A program made the translations under genes and the position numbers. The notes beneath the pieces are model-generated. The model was not told the DNA's origin, did not search any database, and saw only the letters and a list, made by a program, of their open reading frames with translations. This document shows positions 13,125-27,580 of a DNA stretch of 64,000 bases, in pieces (the first letter of the stretch is position 1; every line of letters begins with the position of its first letter). The stretch lies in the NCBI RefSeq assembly GCF_009914755.1, contig NC_060928.1. One strand, written 5' to 3'. Source of the stretch: the human T2T-CHM13v2.0 reference genome, Homo sapiens.

Positions 13125-13235
13125 TTTCAAACATTCCAATGCCAGGACCATAGAATTTCTGGAAGTGAGCTCTGGATGCCAGTATTTTTTAAATTCCTCA
13201 AGGATTTCCAACTATAACTAAATTTGAGAGCCACT
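13125..13235. mobile_element. MER5A-like hAT-Charlie DNA transposon fragment
   Basis: AGAATTTCTGGAAGTGAGCTCTGG...GTATTTTTTAAATTCCTCAAGGATTTC...TTTGAGAGCCACT matches the MER5 pattern. Confidence 0.6.
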
Positions 13236-13964
13236 CATTTACTATGTGTATTATATTGTGGTATGTAGGCTATAATAAGACAGAAATTCTTAAAAAGGTA
13301 ATAAATACATACTAATGTTTTAGACACATAGTGCTATAAAATATCAGAAAATGAGGCTAATGAGGAAAAGCAATAAAATATAAAATATCCATTAGTAATT
13401 CTAAGCAATCCTACTTTGATATTGAAAGGCAGCAAAAGGTATAAAATACAAGTTGTCATTTTCAGAAAAAAAATTAATATCAGTTTAAGAATTTCCAAAA
13501 TGACAAATTATATTTTATTTTAAAAGGATATGACATGTACAATAAGTTTATTTTAGGAAATGATTGCTATGATCAGATACATTGATGACACGAGCATAAT
13601 TGTTTAGTAAGTTTCACATCAAGAACTTCCAGCTTTGTTTTATTTTTATTATTACTTAACCCTAGTGTTAATACATATTTACTTTCAATATGATTAATAA
13701 TAATAATGTTGAGTCAAATATTTACATATATAAAGCTTCTTTTTCCGATAATTTACTTAGGTTGGGACATGAGACACAGAATAATGGATTTTATGGTAAA
13801 CAATGTTAAGACTCTTGAATATTCTGACAAAGTTGATAGAAAGTCTTTTTTATTTATTTATGATTATTATTTTAGTTCACAATTTATTGACTGGAGGACA
13901 AGTACTAAAATATTATTTATAGTAATATTGGAATTGAGGCAAAATAGAAAATAATTGTATCCTC

Positions 13965-14070
13965 TTGATGTCAACTTGTATTTAAGTCCCAAATCATCTA
14001 TTACCTATGTGACCTTAAAGTTCCTCCATTTTCCAAGACTCAATACCTCAATTTATAAAATTAAATATTA
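13965..14070 (+). mobile_element. MIR fragment
   Basis: TTTAAGTCCCAAATC...TATGTGACCTT...CTCAATACCTCAATTTATAAAAT is a degenerate MIR core. Confidence 0.55.
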
Positions 14071-14257
14071 TATATCTCATTAAACTGTTGTGGTCATTAA
14101 TTTTCAGTTGTTTATATAAGCAATTGTATCATTTTCAAATTATCACACCGGCATCTTTGTTACATTATTTATTTATATCACATATTTTTAAAAAAAAATT
14201 TGCATTCGTGCCTCCACATGTGAGGAATCGTTCTCTGTTTTTCAGAATCTATATTCT

Positions 14258-14553
14258 GGCTAGGCAGGTTGGCTCATGCCTGTAATCCCAAAACTTTGAG
14301 GAGCTGAGGAGAGACGATTGCTTGAGCCCAGGAGTTGTAGACTGGCCTGGGCAAGAGGATGAGAGACCGCATCTCTACAAAAACTTCTTCAAAAAGTAGC
14401 CAGGCATGTTGGCACACACCTTTGGTCCCAGCTACTTGGGAGGCTGAGGTGGGAGGATGGCTTGATTCCAGGAGTTTGATGCTGTAGTGCACTGTGTTTA
14501 TACCACTACACTTCAGCCTGGACAACAGAGTGAGACCCTGTCCCAAAGAAAAA
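14258..14553 (+). mobile_element. AluJ (Jo/Jr-like), full length
   Basis: Dimeric Alu with J-type motifs GATTGCTTGAGCCCAGGAGTT and GGTGGGAGGATGGCTTGA, ending GAGACCCTGTC plus a short A-tail. Confidence 0.95.
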
Positions 14554-14584
14554 TATGTCTTTCTTTCATTGACTATCCCCACCT

Positions 14585-15310
14585 GCATAGTCAGCTACCA
14601 TCCTCCCTACCTACCACTCTGTCTTGCCTGTGGTATCACAGAGGTCTCACTAGGGGTCTGTGCTTTCATTCCTGCACCCTGGGTCTCTTTTTCACACAGA
14701 AATGAGAGTTTTAATTTTCAAATATGTAATAATATATAAGGTGTTTTCTCAAAACTTTCTAATGGCTTTCCTTTAAACTTATAAGTGCAAATTTTATATG
14801 TTAATTTGGATGTAGATTATCCATTAAGGTAATCAATAAAGCCCTATGTTATCTGGTCAAGACCTTGTCTCTGACCACTTGTTCACTCTGTTCTAGCCAC
14901 TCTGCTATCCTTATTCATTTGTATTCTCTCTTCCCTCTACCTGCAATGTTTTACTCCAGATATTAAAATCACTTGCTTTTTCCTTTTTTCCCTGTCTCCT
15001 CTGAAATGTCACAGCCTGAGAGATGACTTTTTTGAACATCTGATCTAAAACAGCATTACGAAAAATATGCCTTTAAAAATATTTTTAAAAAGCATTACTC
15101 TGTCACTCTCTCTCTCTACTTACTCATCTTTATTTTTTCTGATAATACTTACCTCTGCTAAACATTATATATTTTCTGTCTCCACCTCTAACACATGACT
15201 GCAATGAAGATAGAATTTTTTTTAATGTTCACTGTTGTACCCTCTGGAATGCTTAAAACTATACCTTCTATATGGTAGGCATTCAACAAGTATTTGTTGA
15301 ATGAATAAAC
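14585..15310 (+). mobile_element. L2 LINE 3' portion
   Basis: Ends in GTAGGCATTCAACAAGTATTTGTTGAATGAATAAA (L2 3' terminus), with upstream L2-like motifs such as TCACTCTGTTCTAGCCACTCTG. Confidence 0.8.
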
Positions 15311-15371
15311 TAATGCAACAATGAATTTATGAAAATGTCCTGAACAACATTTAATAATACTAGTAATAGCT

Positions 15372-15879
15372 TGTGTTTGTTATCTATTGCTGCATAACCA
15401 AAGACACAAAAACCTAGTGGCTTAAAACATTACAAATCAAGAATTTGGGCAGGACCCAGCAAGGTCATCTCTGCCCCCCTGGCATCAGCTGAGGCAGCTT
15501 ACATCCCAGGGGCTGGGGCAGTCTAAAGACTCACTCTCCTGTCTCTGGCTGTTGGTATTGGCTGTCAGCTTGGACATTAGCTGGGTTTGAGGGAAGAACA
15601 CCTACATACATCCATTTGATGGGACTGCTTGGCTTAACTACAGTATGGTGGCAGGGTTCCAATTAAGATACTTACAATAGAGAAGAGAGGCAGACAGACA
15701 AAAGGTACACTGCATTTTATCATATGGTCTCAGAAGTCATGCAGTGTCACTTCTGTCCCATTCTATTCATCAAAACATGTGACTAAGCCTGGTTCATATT
15801 CAAGGGGAGAGATATTAGACTCCAGTTTTTAATGTAAAGACTGTCAAATAATTGGCTGACATCTTTTAAAACCATTACA
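15372..15879 (-). mobile_element. MLT1 (F/G/H-like) MaLR solo LTR
   Basis: TG...CA termini: TGTGTTTGTTATCTATTGCTGCATAAC...AGTGGCTTAAAACA...CAGAAGTCATGCAGTGTCACTTCTG...TTAAAACCATTACA. Confidence 0.85.
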
Positions 15880-18464
15880 GATTGCAGTGTTATTTTAGTC
15901 CTCATTTTAATGGAATTGCCTCTAGGATTTTCCTATCCAACAATAGCAAACACAAGATTGATAGGCCAGCTTATTGCAAGGGAATTAATGAATATGACAA
16001 TTTTGTATATATGAAGACTTATTTTTATGCCTCATTAAAAAATTGCACCTAAGTAGCTATCAGTATGTACTAAATTATTCCTAAGAAACTAGTAAGATCT
16101 ATTAAAAATTTTGAAATATAACAATACAAGCAACTTGTTAAGTATAATATAGTGACTGCAATTAGTGCTGGCTGGCCCTTTCTATGGATGTATTCCACTC
16201 TTGCCCATGTTGGCTTTGCCTTGTCCCCTGCCAATTTTACTGCCAACGTGATGGCATTTATGAATTTATTGAACACTTTCAGCTTTTGATATGATGGCCA
16301 AATTTATATCTGAAATAAAATTTTTCTTGCTTCGAAAAAAAGATTTAGCTTACTGCTGATTTGATGGTTACCTGTCTTGGGGGCTTAGGGTACTATTACC
16401 CAGCATTCCTTTCCAAAAAGCCAACCTTTATTTCAGCAAAGTAAATATGAAAAAAATTAAAGTTATTCATATTTCAGCAACAAAAAAGAATAAAATATTC
16501 TGTTTCCATCACTGAACATTGGGTGGTTTATTCACATAAAATATTTAGATACAATATTAATTTCTTGCAAAATATCTTTTTTTCTTATCAAGCAGTGACT
16601 TGCATCTGACATCAGATACTGTATTATTTTGCTTAGTTCTACAATGCTGACATATTTAGGTTTCTACAGAGGTCTCCCTGTGTGATTGTACATATATTAC
16701 ATAAATAAAACTTTAGAAAGCAGTTGGAAATATTGCTTCTTTTTAGGGATAGACAGATCCATTATATAAGAAATATAATTAGATTCAATAATGTATCTCC
16801 ACATTAAAAAAGAAAATCCCTTATTACAAAAGAAATTGTCATTAAAAAATTAGACCTAGTGTACAGTTAAACAAAACACAATTAGTAATCTTATTCTAAA
16901 TGTGAGACTAACATTATTTCAAACTGTAGAAATAATAGTAATATGAATAGTTTAAATATACTTATGTTTTTATAGCATACAATAAAAAAAGTCAAAAAAG
17001 TATTTCAGGAACTTTGTATTACATTTCCTTATTGCATTCTCAAAAAACAAAGGGAAAATTTAGAATATTGAAAGACAGATTTGATTCTTATAAGAGATCG
17101 AGTAACACTTGTCTTTCCTTTGGATAGTTAGAAGTAAACTTCTATTATAAAAGGAAGATTTTTATCATTAAATTTTAACCGGCAATGGATGTGTACAGCT
17201 TCAAAAAGCTGACATGATTTTACCTTCAAATTCTTTTTCCTCCTCAAATATTAAAGGTATTTGCAGATCCTTAGAGCTGTTTGTCTACTTAGCCAAGTTA
17301 AATTAAAATGCAAGCTGATAATCTATTGTTATATTATTTTTCCAATATTGACAATCAGTTCCCTTTTATAATGAACTTTTTCCTGTGCTAGCTACTTCAA
17401 ATCTTTTTATCCTGTACCCATAGGATTGAACATGATTATGAAAGATAAACCTTAGTAATAAAAGATGAAAAGAGGTTATGACATTCTTATTAAACAGAAA
17501 AGGCAACTTCTTCTGATTCTAATCTTATAGTTACCAGCATTATTAGAACATTATTAGAAGTAGAGGAAATAGGCATATTTATTCATAAGTCTTATTCTCA
17601 TAAATTATACTTTCTAAAGAGTAGAACTTTTACAAAACTAGTGCATTGCAATTCTTTTGTTTTATAAAATGTATAATAAAAATTCTACTTTTTCTATAGA
17701 GAAAATGTTTAAAATATAAATATTTTATCAGAAATAAACTAACATATTAATGGAAAATTACTAAAACTTCCAAGGGGTTAAATAATAGGAGACAAGAAAA
17801 TTAATCTTTTGTGAGCCGTGTATTCCAGAGAGTTGACTTTTTTTTCATTTTATCTTTCCAGGAAACTAAAGAAGAATTCAAAATAGTATTTGAACCATTT
17901 TAACACAGTTAAATTACTGTTTTAACGGTTCAAATATTCTATCTTAGGCATCATAATCCAAAATAGACAGTCTAAATAGGAAGGTATTTATTAAGAGGTG
18001 GAGCGTCACTAAGTCACTAGGAGAGGTCAAGAGATGCTAGACTCATGTTCCAGGATCATAGAAATGAGCCACTGCATAACCAAAATCAGGAACTTTCAAA
18101 GCAGGAGGCTGCTCATAGAGATGCAAACTCTGGAATAACTTCTTTTCTGTGACAATCCAACAACTACTAAAATTGGAAGCCCTTCGAAAAAACTTAAAAA
18201 GTCATCACAATAGTCAACAGTCTAGAATCTTACTATTCTGATTTTATTACTCAATTATGAAGCAAACTCATGATGAGTGTGTCTAATTACAGAAAGCCAA
18301 AATCATGTTTGGTGCCCTAGCTGTAAGGTAATATAGGAAATGTAACTAGAGTCCAGAATCCATATGCTTAAAGTAGGTTGGAGAGGGCATTGGAACAGGT
18401 GTCACGTGTGTCCACCAAGGTCGTCCCTTTACCACCTCTGGATACTCAGCACCAGTGAAGATCC

Positions 18465-18900
18465 TGTTCCAGTTACATGACAGACACACAAATTATCCCA
18501 AAGCTTAGCATCTTTGCACAGCCATTTTATTTTTCTCATTGTTCTGCCTTGAGTCTTTAGATGACTAGAGCTGTAGTCATCTGAAAACCCTACTGAGATG
18601 GATAACTCAGAAGGCCCACTCATATGGCTGGTTTTTGGAACCTCTGTTGTAGACTAAAAGCCCTAAAGTGGTTTCTTTATATGGCCTGGCTTCCTCACTG
18701 TGTGGCAGTACAGGACTCAAGGCACAAATGCTCTAGTGTGCAAGGAAGATGCTCCATTGCTTTTTACAAAATAGTATCAGAAATTACATATCATCACTTC
18801 TGACATATCTATTAGTCTCAACAGTCTCTAAAAGATAGTTTCAAGGTAAGGGGATGTAATTCCCACATTTCAATGAAATAAGTTTTAAAAACAAGAAGTA
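18465..18900 (-). mobile_element. MLT1H-like MaLR LTR
   Basis: GCTGTAGTCATCTGAAAA, TGGCCTGGCTTCCTCAC and CATCACTTCTGACATATCTATT motifs parallel the LTR at 15372-15879. Confidence 0.7.
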
Positions 18901-18999
18901 TTTAGTAAATCAGTTAAAGATGTGTTTGCAGCAACATGATACACAGAAAAGACATATTTTTTTTTCTAAGCAAATGTTTATGAGAGTCAGGAAGAATTA

Positions 19000-21950
19000 C
19001 TCTACTCTCCCTGAAAAATCAAATGTAGTAATTCTGCTATTAGGTGGTCGACTGAATCCTCTAAGATATAGCACCATAGTGATAGTTCTTTGCAATTTCT
19101 TGATTGGCACTTTTAATTGCTAGTATTATATATGCTTTAATGTGAAGAAGTTGATGCTATTGATCCCATGCAAATCTGTCCCTGAAACCATGGTCACACT
19201 CTGTATAAACCCATTAACCAAGAGCTGGGACAGATGTGGAAAGAAGACGATTGACATCCTTAAGTTAGTGTACCACATTTGTCCAATTATTGAGAGCGTC
19301 CTCTACAGAACATTCATGTCAGCAAGAAGTATTCTCACTCATTAGGCCCATTCGGTGAGGTCTATCCACATTCCTCTTTCACAAGCTGCCTTGTCATCAA
19401 TACTCCAATCTTGTTCTTCCCAAATTCCTCATTATTCATATAAACTATGGGCTACTGCCCATGAATCGCCACATATCTGTACCTGCAGTAGTCCCTAATT
19501 CCAGGATAAGTAGAAAACAATTTGTAACAGTTTTGTTTACTGCCAAGATTTCTCTTTCCCAATCTCTTCTCATCTGTCCTGTCCAACTGCAATATTCTAA
19601 GTATAGCTAAAAAAATTGTATGGGCAAATCCCAATGAGACTATAAACATGGGTTCAGCAAGAAGTGGCAAAAGTAAGCACACAGGAACATTAAAAACTGT
19701 TCAAGCTGAGTCTGGAATATACCACACTCAGTTGCAGGACAGTTCTTCTAGGAGTGACTGGCTTCATAACTTTCAGAAGAACTAACGCCAAATTTATTTA
19801 TCTATTGTTTCACTTTATGTTCTGGCATCCATGTGCAGAACGTGCAGGTTTGTTACACAGGTATACATGTGCCATCATGGTTTGCTGCACCCCTCAGCCC
19901 GTCATCTAGGTTTTAAGCCCCGCATGCATTAGGTATTTGTCCTAATGCTCTCCCTCCCCTTGCCCCCACCTTCCAACAGGCCTCAAGGTGTCACGTTCCC
20001 CTCCCTGTGTCCATGTATTCTCATTGTTCAACTCCCATTTATGAGTGAGAACATGTGGTGTTTGGTTTCCTGTTCCTGACTTACACCAAATTTATAATGG
20101 GAAGTTCGGGACTTGTCATTTGTTCGGTTGTCTGGTGTTCAGTATCCACTTCGCACAATAACAAGCGAAGAATAATTTCTGGTCACTTGAAAGAGAGTTT
20201 AGCATTGCTCTGAAATCTAAGAAGCCGCTCCTCTGACTTGTCTACTAAGCCTGTGATAGGTGTCATGAATCATCCTGATCAGGCAGGCATTTTAAGCATC
20301 ATCACATTCAGCGGCTAATAAGGGCTGGGTGGAAGCCGTCTTTTAGTAGATGAAGTCTGAGCCAGCTGGAAAGCTTTTACTTGCTTTCAGTCCAACTAAA
20401 AACTGGCAGTCTGATGAGCCACTTAGTAAATGTGTCAGAGCAATACAATTAAATATGATATCTGTTTCCTCCAAACTCCAAAGAGGTCCACAATTATGCC
20501 TGTTTCTCAGTAGTAGAGAAAATAAACTGAAACAACTTATCTTTCTGGAGGAGGTATTCTAATACATAGAACTATAGATAGCAGAAACTATAAGATGCCT
20601 GTATACTGTATTGTGGCATCCAGAATGCTATTTCCTGATCAGGTACTATCAGCAATAGGACACCTTGGCATGAGCATGCTGTATCCTATGATGTGGTGAG
20701 GTATTTGAGGTATATAGACTAAATTATAGCTATGAAGCAGAGTGTTTGCATCACCCAAAGGATTTCAATAAAGATTTAACCTTGTACCTCTTTGAGAAAA
20801 GCATAATGCACTCTATGATTTTCTGATTATTGGGATATAGAAAAAAATGTATAACATTTAACAAATCATTACTGCATAATAAGTATTAGGAAGTATGTTA
20901 ATTTGTTGCAATAAAAATGAAAATAAATACGAATGGTCACTACCTAAGTTTGGAATAATCCTTTATTGTTTTCTAAGAGTTATTTTTCTTCTGCACAGAT
21001 CAAAAGATTAAAAAAACCGGTGTGTCAGAGGCCATTTCTCCTCTCTCTTTGATGTCTTTGATAATAACCCTATATTCTATGAAGCCTCCAGGGATTCATT
21101 ATTGCTTTTGATTTGCTATTTTAGTAAGGAAAGGGAGGCTCCATAAGCTTCCAATTAGTTTGCCAACCAATACCTCCCACTCCACAGAGAAGCATTGTGG
21201 GAAGTTTGCCAGTGTCTGAGTATTTATAGTCTAACCATACACTCATGAACTGAGGAAATAACCATAGTGGGGGGGGGCATAAACGGAGTTAACTTTATTT
21301 ATCATCTGACCGTCATAAGCCCTCCATCTGATCAATGAAGTAGTATGGCATTCTAGATTCAAGAGAACAGAGTTAGTTTAGAGCCAGTGTTGAATCACTC
21401 CACTGAAGTCTATATAATTTTCTTTTTCTAGCGTAATTGGCTCCAGTAAATCAAAATAGATTTCTTAGCGGGAGATTGTGAAAAAGATATACTATGTACT
21501 TCAGATGTCTTTTGATTCAAAGAAATCTGTTTTTAAAAGGAATTAAAGTATGGGAATTTGGTGAGGTATAAGAAAGTTCCATCTGATAATTCAATTCAGG
21601 GCTCTGTCTTCCCAAGACATAGAGGAAATAGTTGGTTAGGTAAATCAAGTACCATCTTAACGGACGAATATATTCTCTTAGGGATTATATAACCTACTAG
21701 TTACTAACAAAATCTCTGTAGGTGAGATCATTCTGATTATATTTTATCTGCTATGTGGTTCAATAATCACCACCTCTATGGTTAATTGTCATTAATTGCT
21801 GTATTTTTGCAACTGCAATCATGAAAATCCCATTATTAATACTGACATCGGGGAATGTGTGTCAACAGAAGCATCTCGTTTTTATCCTCTGCCCACAGAA
21901 GACAGCCATCAATATAGCACATTTCTCGGGTGCAGATGCTCCCTTTACAA
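19000..21950 (-). mobile_element. Decayed ERVL-type (ERVL or MLT-int) internal region with pol RNase H relic
   Basis: Minus-strand translation of about 19467-19345 gives DSWAVAHSLYE**GIWEEQDWSIDDKAACERGMWIDLTEWA, matching the ERV-L pol RNase H motif DSWAVANGL...WKIGDKEIWGRGMWIDL. Outer boundaries are uncertain; interrupted by an L1PA. Confidence 0.7.
19798..20078 (-). mobile_element. L1PA8-like 3' end, 5'-truncated, with 17-bp TSD
   Basis: ATCTAGGTTTTAAGCCCCGCATGCATTAGG motif. TSD ACTAACGCCAAATTTAT (19781-19797) / ACTTACACCAAATTTAT (20079-20095). Confidence 0.9.
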
Positions 21951-22004
21951 AAGACATTCTTAGTGGCTTTGTAAAGTGGTTGGCATCACAGCATACTTAG
22001 TGGC

Positions 22005-22423
22005 TGTCTTAGTTTGTTTTCTGTTCCTTATGACAGAAAACCTAAAACTGTGTAATTTATATAGAAAAACATTATTTCTTAAAGTTATGGGGCTGAGAAA
22101 TGCAAGGTGAAGGGGCCTCATCTGAAAGTGTTCTTGCTGGTGGAAACTCTGCAGCGTCCCAGTGCAGGGCATCACACGGAGAAGAGGCTGAGCGTGCTAG
22201 CTCAGGTTTCTCTTCCTCTTCTTAGAAAGCTACCAGTCTCACTTTTGTGATCACTTATTAATCCACTAGTCCATTCATCCATGAATGGATTAATCATTCA
22301 TGAGGGCAAAGCCCTCATGACCCAATCACCAGCCCACCTTGAAGGCCCACCTCTCAATATTGTCACATTGAAGATTAAGTTTCATCATGAGTTTTGGAGC
22401 AGACAACCATTCAAACCACAGCA
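22005..22423 (-). mobile_element. MST-family (MSTB/C/D-like) MaLR solo LTR
   Basis: TGTCTTAGTTTGTTTTCTGTT...GCAGGGCATCACACGG...GCCCTCATGACCCAATCACC...CATTCAAACCACAGCA with TG/CA termini. Confidence 0.9.
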
Positions 22424-22694
22424 GTGAGCATACTTAGTGGGTAGATAAATTCATATTATATGAGAACATTCTCCAATACAGCGATCTCCAAGATCTTGCT
22501 AACCATTAAATGTGTATTAGTCCCTCACAATGATCTGTGCAATTCCCTGCCTCCTGCTTCATAGGATTCATTTGCAAATCAGAGACCTGCAAATTCATTT
22601 GATTGATATAACCAAACTTTCAGCTCCAAGACAGTCTACTGTACTTAGTCTTATATCTATTAGCTTTCCCATTTCTCAAGAGTGAGAACAGAGA

Positions 22695-22800
22695 TTTAAA
22701 ATATATATAACATATTATATATTTACAAGTATATAAATATATAATACACATTTAATATATAAATTTATATATTTATATATTGTATATTCATATATGTAAA
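22695..22800. repeat. AT-rich (TA)n low-complexity tract
   Basis: Seen directly; includes the 20-bp palindrome AATATATAAATTTATATATT at 22754-22773. Confidence 0.85.
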
Positions 22801-23823
22801 TGGAATTTATTTGAATAACAAAATAAAAGGAGCAGAAATGCCATTAAAATCTAAGTTAAAACCTATTTCAATACACCATTCTATTTACCAGTTCCTCTTT
22901 AATAAATGGTTAAGGCTCAGAGAAAGCCTGGCATTATTTTTTGATTAGACAGAAGTTTGAATGCCATTTATTTTGGCAGATTAAAACTATTCCTAAAACC
23001 TACTGATTTTACAACCTAGTACTTTCAAATTTGATTTAAGTACTTTTAGTTTTCTCCAAATTCATTATGATACTAAAGACAGAGGTATCAATGTGGCTCC
23101 ATGTAGGTGATGAGACCTAGAAGTAGACTTACCATAATATATCAACTGTTACCACCCAGTCCAATATAGCCCATTCCATTACTGCCTCTCTCCAGAAATT
23201 GTGTAACTGCTTTGTTACTTAATGCATTTCCACAGACCTTTCATAATATTTAATAGTTCCAATATGAAACAAACCTACCTGTAAAGAGCACACACTTCTT
23301 GCTGTAGTCATATCTTCCAACCCAAGTAGAATTAACTGGAGATTGGAATGTATGATATCACTTAAATAATTATCTCTGATTAAAACAGCTAGTACCTTAA
23401 TAATGCAAATCATTTTGTCTTTATCTTTACAATCCATGATTGAGTGGATTGTCTTCTTTCTTCTCTCATTTCGAGGTTCCTTATTTAACTATTTTTCTTT
23501 TGCACCCTAGAGACTATTTTTTCTATTTTCTTCACTTTTATTTATTGATTTATATTCATTAATTCTCAGCACTGTCCACTCTGGTTGGCTAGGGGTACAA
23601 AATAGATTTAAAATGAATTTTGTAGGTCGAACAATCAGACACTAGCAAGTTGGTCCTCCTAACACCTCTCTGAATGTTATTTTTCCATTAAAGTCACCAG
23701 GATTCTGCCTTTTTTATTTTTTTGAGTTTTGTTTCTAGTTGCCATTTACCTTCTACCATTATTTGGACCATTCCAGACATAAGGGAGAATGATAGAATAA
23801 AATATTTTACCATATATGCCTAA

Positions 23824-24153
<330 letters not shown>

Positions 24154-24845
24154 CCTAAACTATTATTCTTGTACGAAATTTCTATCAAGGTCCAGTTCCA
24201 ATGCCATTTAAGAATTTTGGCTAGAAATTGTCTAATCAAGTTAATAATTGCTGTACCATTTACAATTAGTGTACTTTAAGATAATTCTAATGTTTATATT
24301 ATTTTTTTCATATTTAGTCAACTTGTTTACATTTTTAGTTATAAACTTTGTAAAGCAGAATATCTATTACCTTATTCTACTTCTGAAGTTGTCCAGCACA
24401 ATAGTATTTGCAGGCTTGATTATATGATTTTTAAACTATTTGCTCTGCAAGACAGTTAAAAAATACTAATCAGCAAATATTATGTTTATTTTAAACTTGA
24501 TTTCCAAACACAACTTGAAAATGTGGTGTGTATAATATAAATACCTCAACCTATCCATTTAGGTGAGGCAAATTTTCTAGAACTGGTAACACACCAATAA
24601 TGTTTTATAATGAATTTAATTATTTAAATTTTGTATTAATCTTGGAATTATATGATTTCAACTACTTGAAAACTTTTTTTGTATGTTTTTCATAGGTGTT
24701 AGTTTAGGTGTTGAATTATCATGAACTGTGATTCAGTATTCCTTATAGCAAGGTGACTCTCCTGTCTGCCTCTTTCTGTGCCTCTTTCTTCCATGAAACG
24801 TTAACTGCTTAAGTATTCTTATAGCAGTCATAAGGAAATCTGTAA

Positions 24846-25194
<349 letters not shown>

Positions 25195-26035
25195 TTATCT
25201 GTAATCAAAAAAGATGTCACAACTGAGGTTAAATAAGAAATTAGTTTAAAAAATATTTCTTGATGTTTTCCATTATTGAAAGCACATCAAGCTTACATAT
25301 GAAACGGCCAATACAATTAAGAAAATGCTAAATAATAATGACTTTAATGTTGGCTCTGTATGCAGGAATTCCTATATGGAATAAAGATAGCAAATAAGAT
25401 AGCTAATGGCTGTGGTATCATGTCATGTTTCTCTCAATTAGGTATTATCAGTTGCTTATTTACTTCATGGGGAAAATTGTTTGGCTGTAACTTTGACCAT
25501 AAACTTCCCTGAAAGTTTAAGTTTGCCATATGGACATTGAGATCTTGTTGGCTATTGAAAAATGAAAAACAAAGGTGACTGAAGAGGAAAAAAAGTTATC
25601 TCTGTCCTATGTATTCAAACACACATTGTAGATAGCCATTATGTCTAAATTTAGAAATCCTACATACATATAAAGGACCAGCATCATGCTTTCTACTCCA
25701 CGGATATTTCTCTATTACTTCCACTGAACTTTAACCACTCCCACCACTCACTCCCTATCAGTTACACACACATGCATACAGGTAACTTACTCATCTCATT
25801 TTGCTTACTTATCTTTTACGATATTTTGAGTTTTGTGATTTTTAAGTGTGAGGTAAGAGAGAGCATTATGCCATATCACTTCTCTAACCTCACACACTGC
25901 TTGCATACAATAGATGTTTCAACTTATTTTAATTTAATTATTAATTATAATTTTAATTATTTTTGTATTTGTATTGGATTTTATTTTAGAAACTAAATAG
26001 GTTACTAACTATATATCCATATATGTACACCAATG

Positions 26036-26068
26036 CACACACACACACATACACACATATATATATAA
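26036..26068. repeat. (CA)n(TA)n compound microsatellite
   Basis: CACACACACACACATACACACATATATATATA seen directly. Confidence 0.9.
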
Positions 26069-27344
26069 TTAATTATATCATGGTGAAACATTTGCTGTAC
26101 AGGAATTTCCTTGTAGGCTCAGCTCTAGGCTGATTGAACACAAATTTATGCCTGCATTTCAGAATAAGGAAGTTGTCTGATCCCTGCTGCAGAATGAACG
26201 CTATTTCATTTTCTCTACCTGATGTTATTTAGATAGAAGATGGAAATAACTTTTAATTTAAAGAAAAAAGTTCTTAAGTATTAGATGCATGCAAGGTACC
26301 CGAGAACATTCACAGATGTTTTGGCTTGAGATAATTATGTGGATTTCTTTTTACTTTTTTCTTTTTCATCTTTTTTTTTTTTTTTACGTGATGTTATTTT
26401 TTACTTCTATCTGAAAGCTGCCTAAAAAAACATTGGAAGGTAGCTACATATGCCATAAAAGTTGTCATCAAAGTTATGCCTGCTGTTTTTTTACATCCCT
26501 ATGCTGTTTATCCTTATCCATAATTCATTCTTTATAAAAAGAAAAAGAAAAGGAAAGAAACAAACCAAAGAATAAATGGTGACATGGTGTCAAAGATCCC
26601 TTGGGAATCTGACACTAGAATGCAGTTAATTTTGCATCTTATGATTATCCTTTTATGTAAACACACATTCTCAGTGCATCCTCATTAATTTTTTTGAAAA
26701 TCTAAATAATTGGATTAATTTTATTTTTTGAGTAGGTGAGAATCCAAGACATTGTTTTCAATCCTCCATAAAAGATCTAAAACTTGTTTATAATTATGTA
26801 TGATTTATATAAAGCTAGCTTAGTTTTTAAATTTTTTTGAATAATGCATGTTAAATTACATAAAGCTAATCAGAAAACATGCATTTTCAAACATGATGCT
26901 GTAGGTGGGAAAGCTATATCAGGAAAAGAGAATACTTAGCTACAGGTTCTTTGTCTTATAAGAATCCAGCACTCCCAGTTCAGAACCAGACAAATGTCTA
27001 CTAAATGTGAAACTATGTAAGAAAAGGATTTTCTGCTGGTTTTCAGAAAGTAACTTATAAAGTGATTATACCCTGTAGGAATAACAGGATAGTAAACAGT
27101 CAGCAGAACATATCAACACATCTTTCCATTCAAACCAGTCCCCTTGCTTTGGTTCAGGGCAGGAAGTGGATTGTTTAAATCTTTCCCTCAATTCACAGAC
27201 ACATTTTTAAAAATCCACAAACATGAACAACTCGATGGGTCAAATATTAATAGTACCAGTATAAACAAAAAGAAAGAGAAAAATTTCATAACTTTTAGAA
27301 GGCCAGGAAACAGTAGTGACAGAATTCCATCTACCCTGAGGGCT

Positions 27345-27580
27345 TTTAGGATAAATACCAGAAGTCTGAAGAAAAACTACCTGGTTTTTATTCCAAATAT
27401 TCAGCTTCTCTGGTATGCAACCTTGATCAAGTTAGTTAACTGCTCTGTGTTTCAGTTTTCCCATTGAAAGTAGGGATAATTATTGTATCTACAAACCTGT
27501 TGGGGTCATTATGATTAAATGAGTATGAAGTTTTTATAACATTGCCAGGCATATATTAAATATGTCTACTATAAATCTTG
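27345..27580 (+). mobile_element. MIR SINE
   Basis: ACCTTGATCAAGTTAGTTAACTGCTCTGTGTTTCAGTTTTCCCATTGAAAGTAGGGATAAT is the MIR core. Confidence 0.8.
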
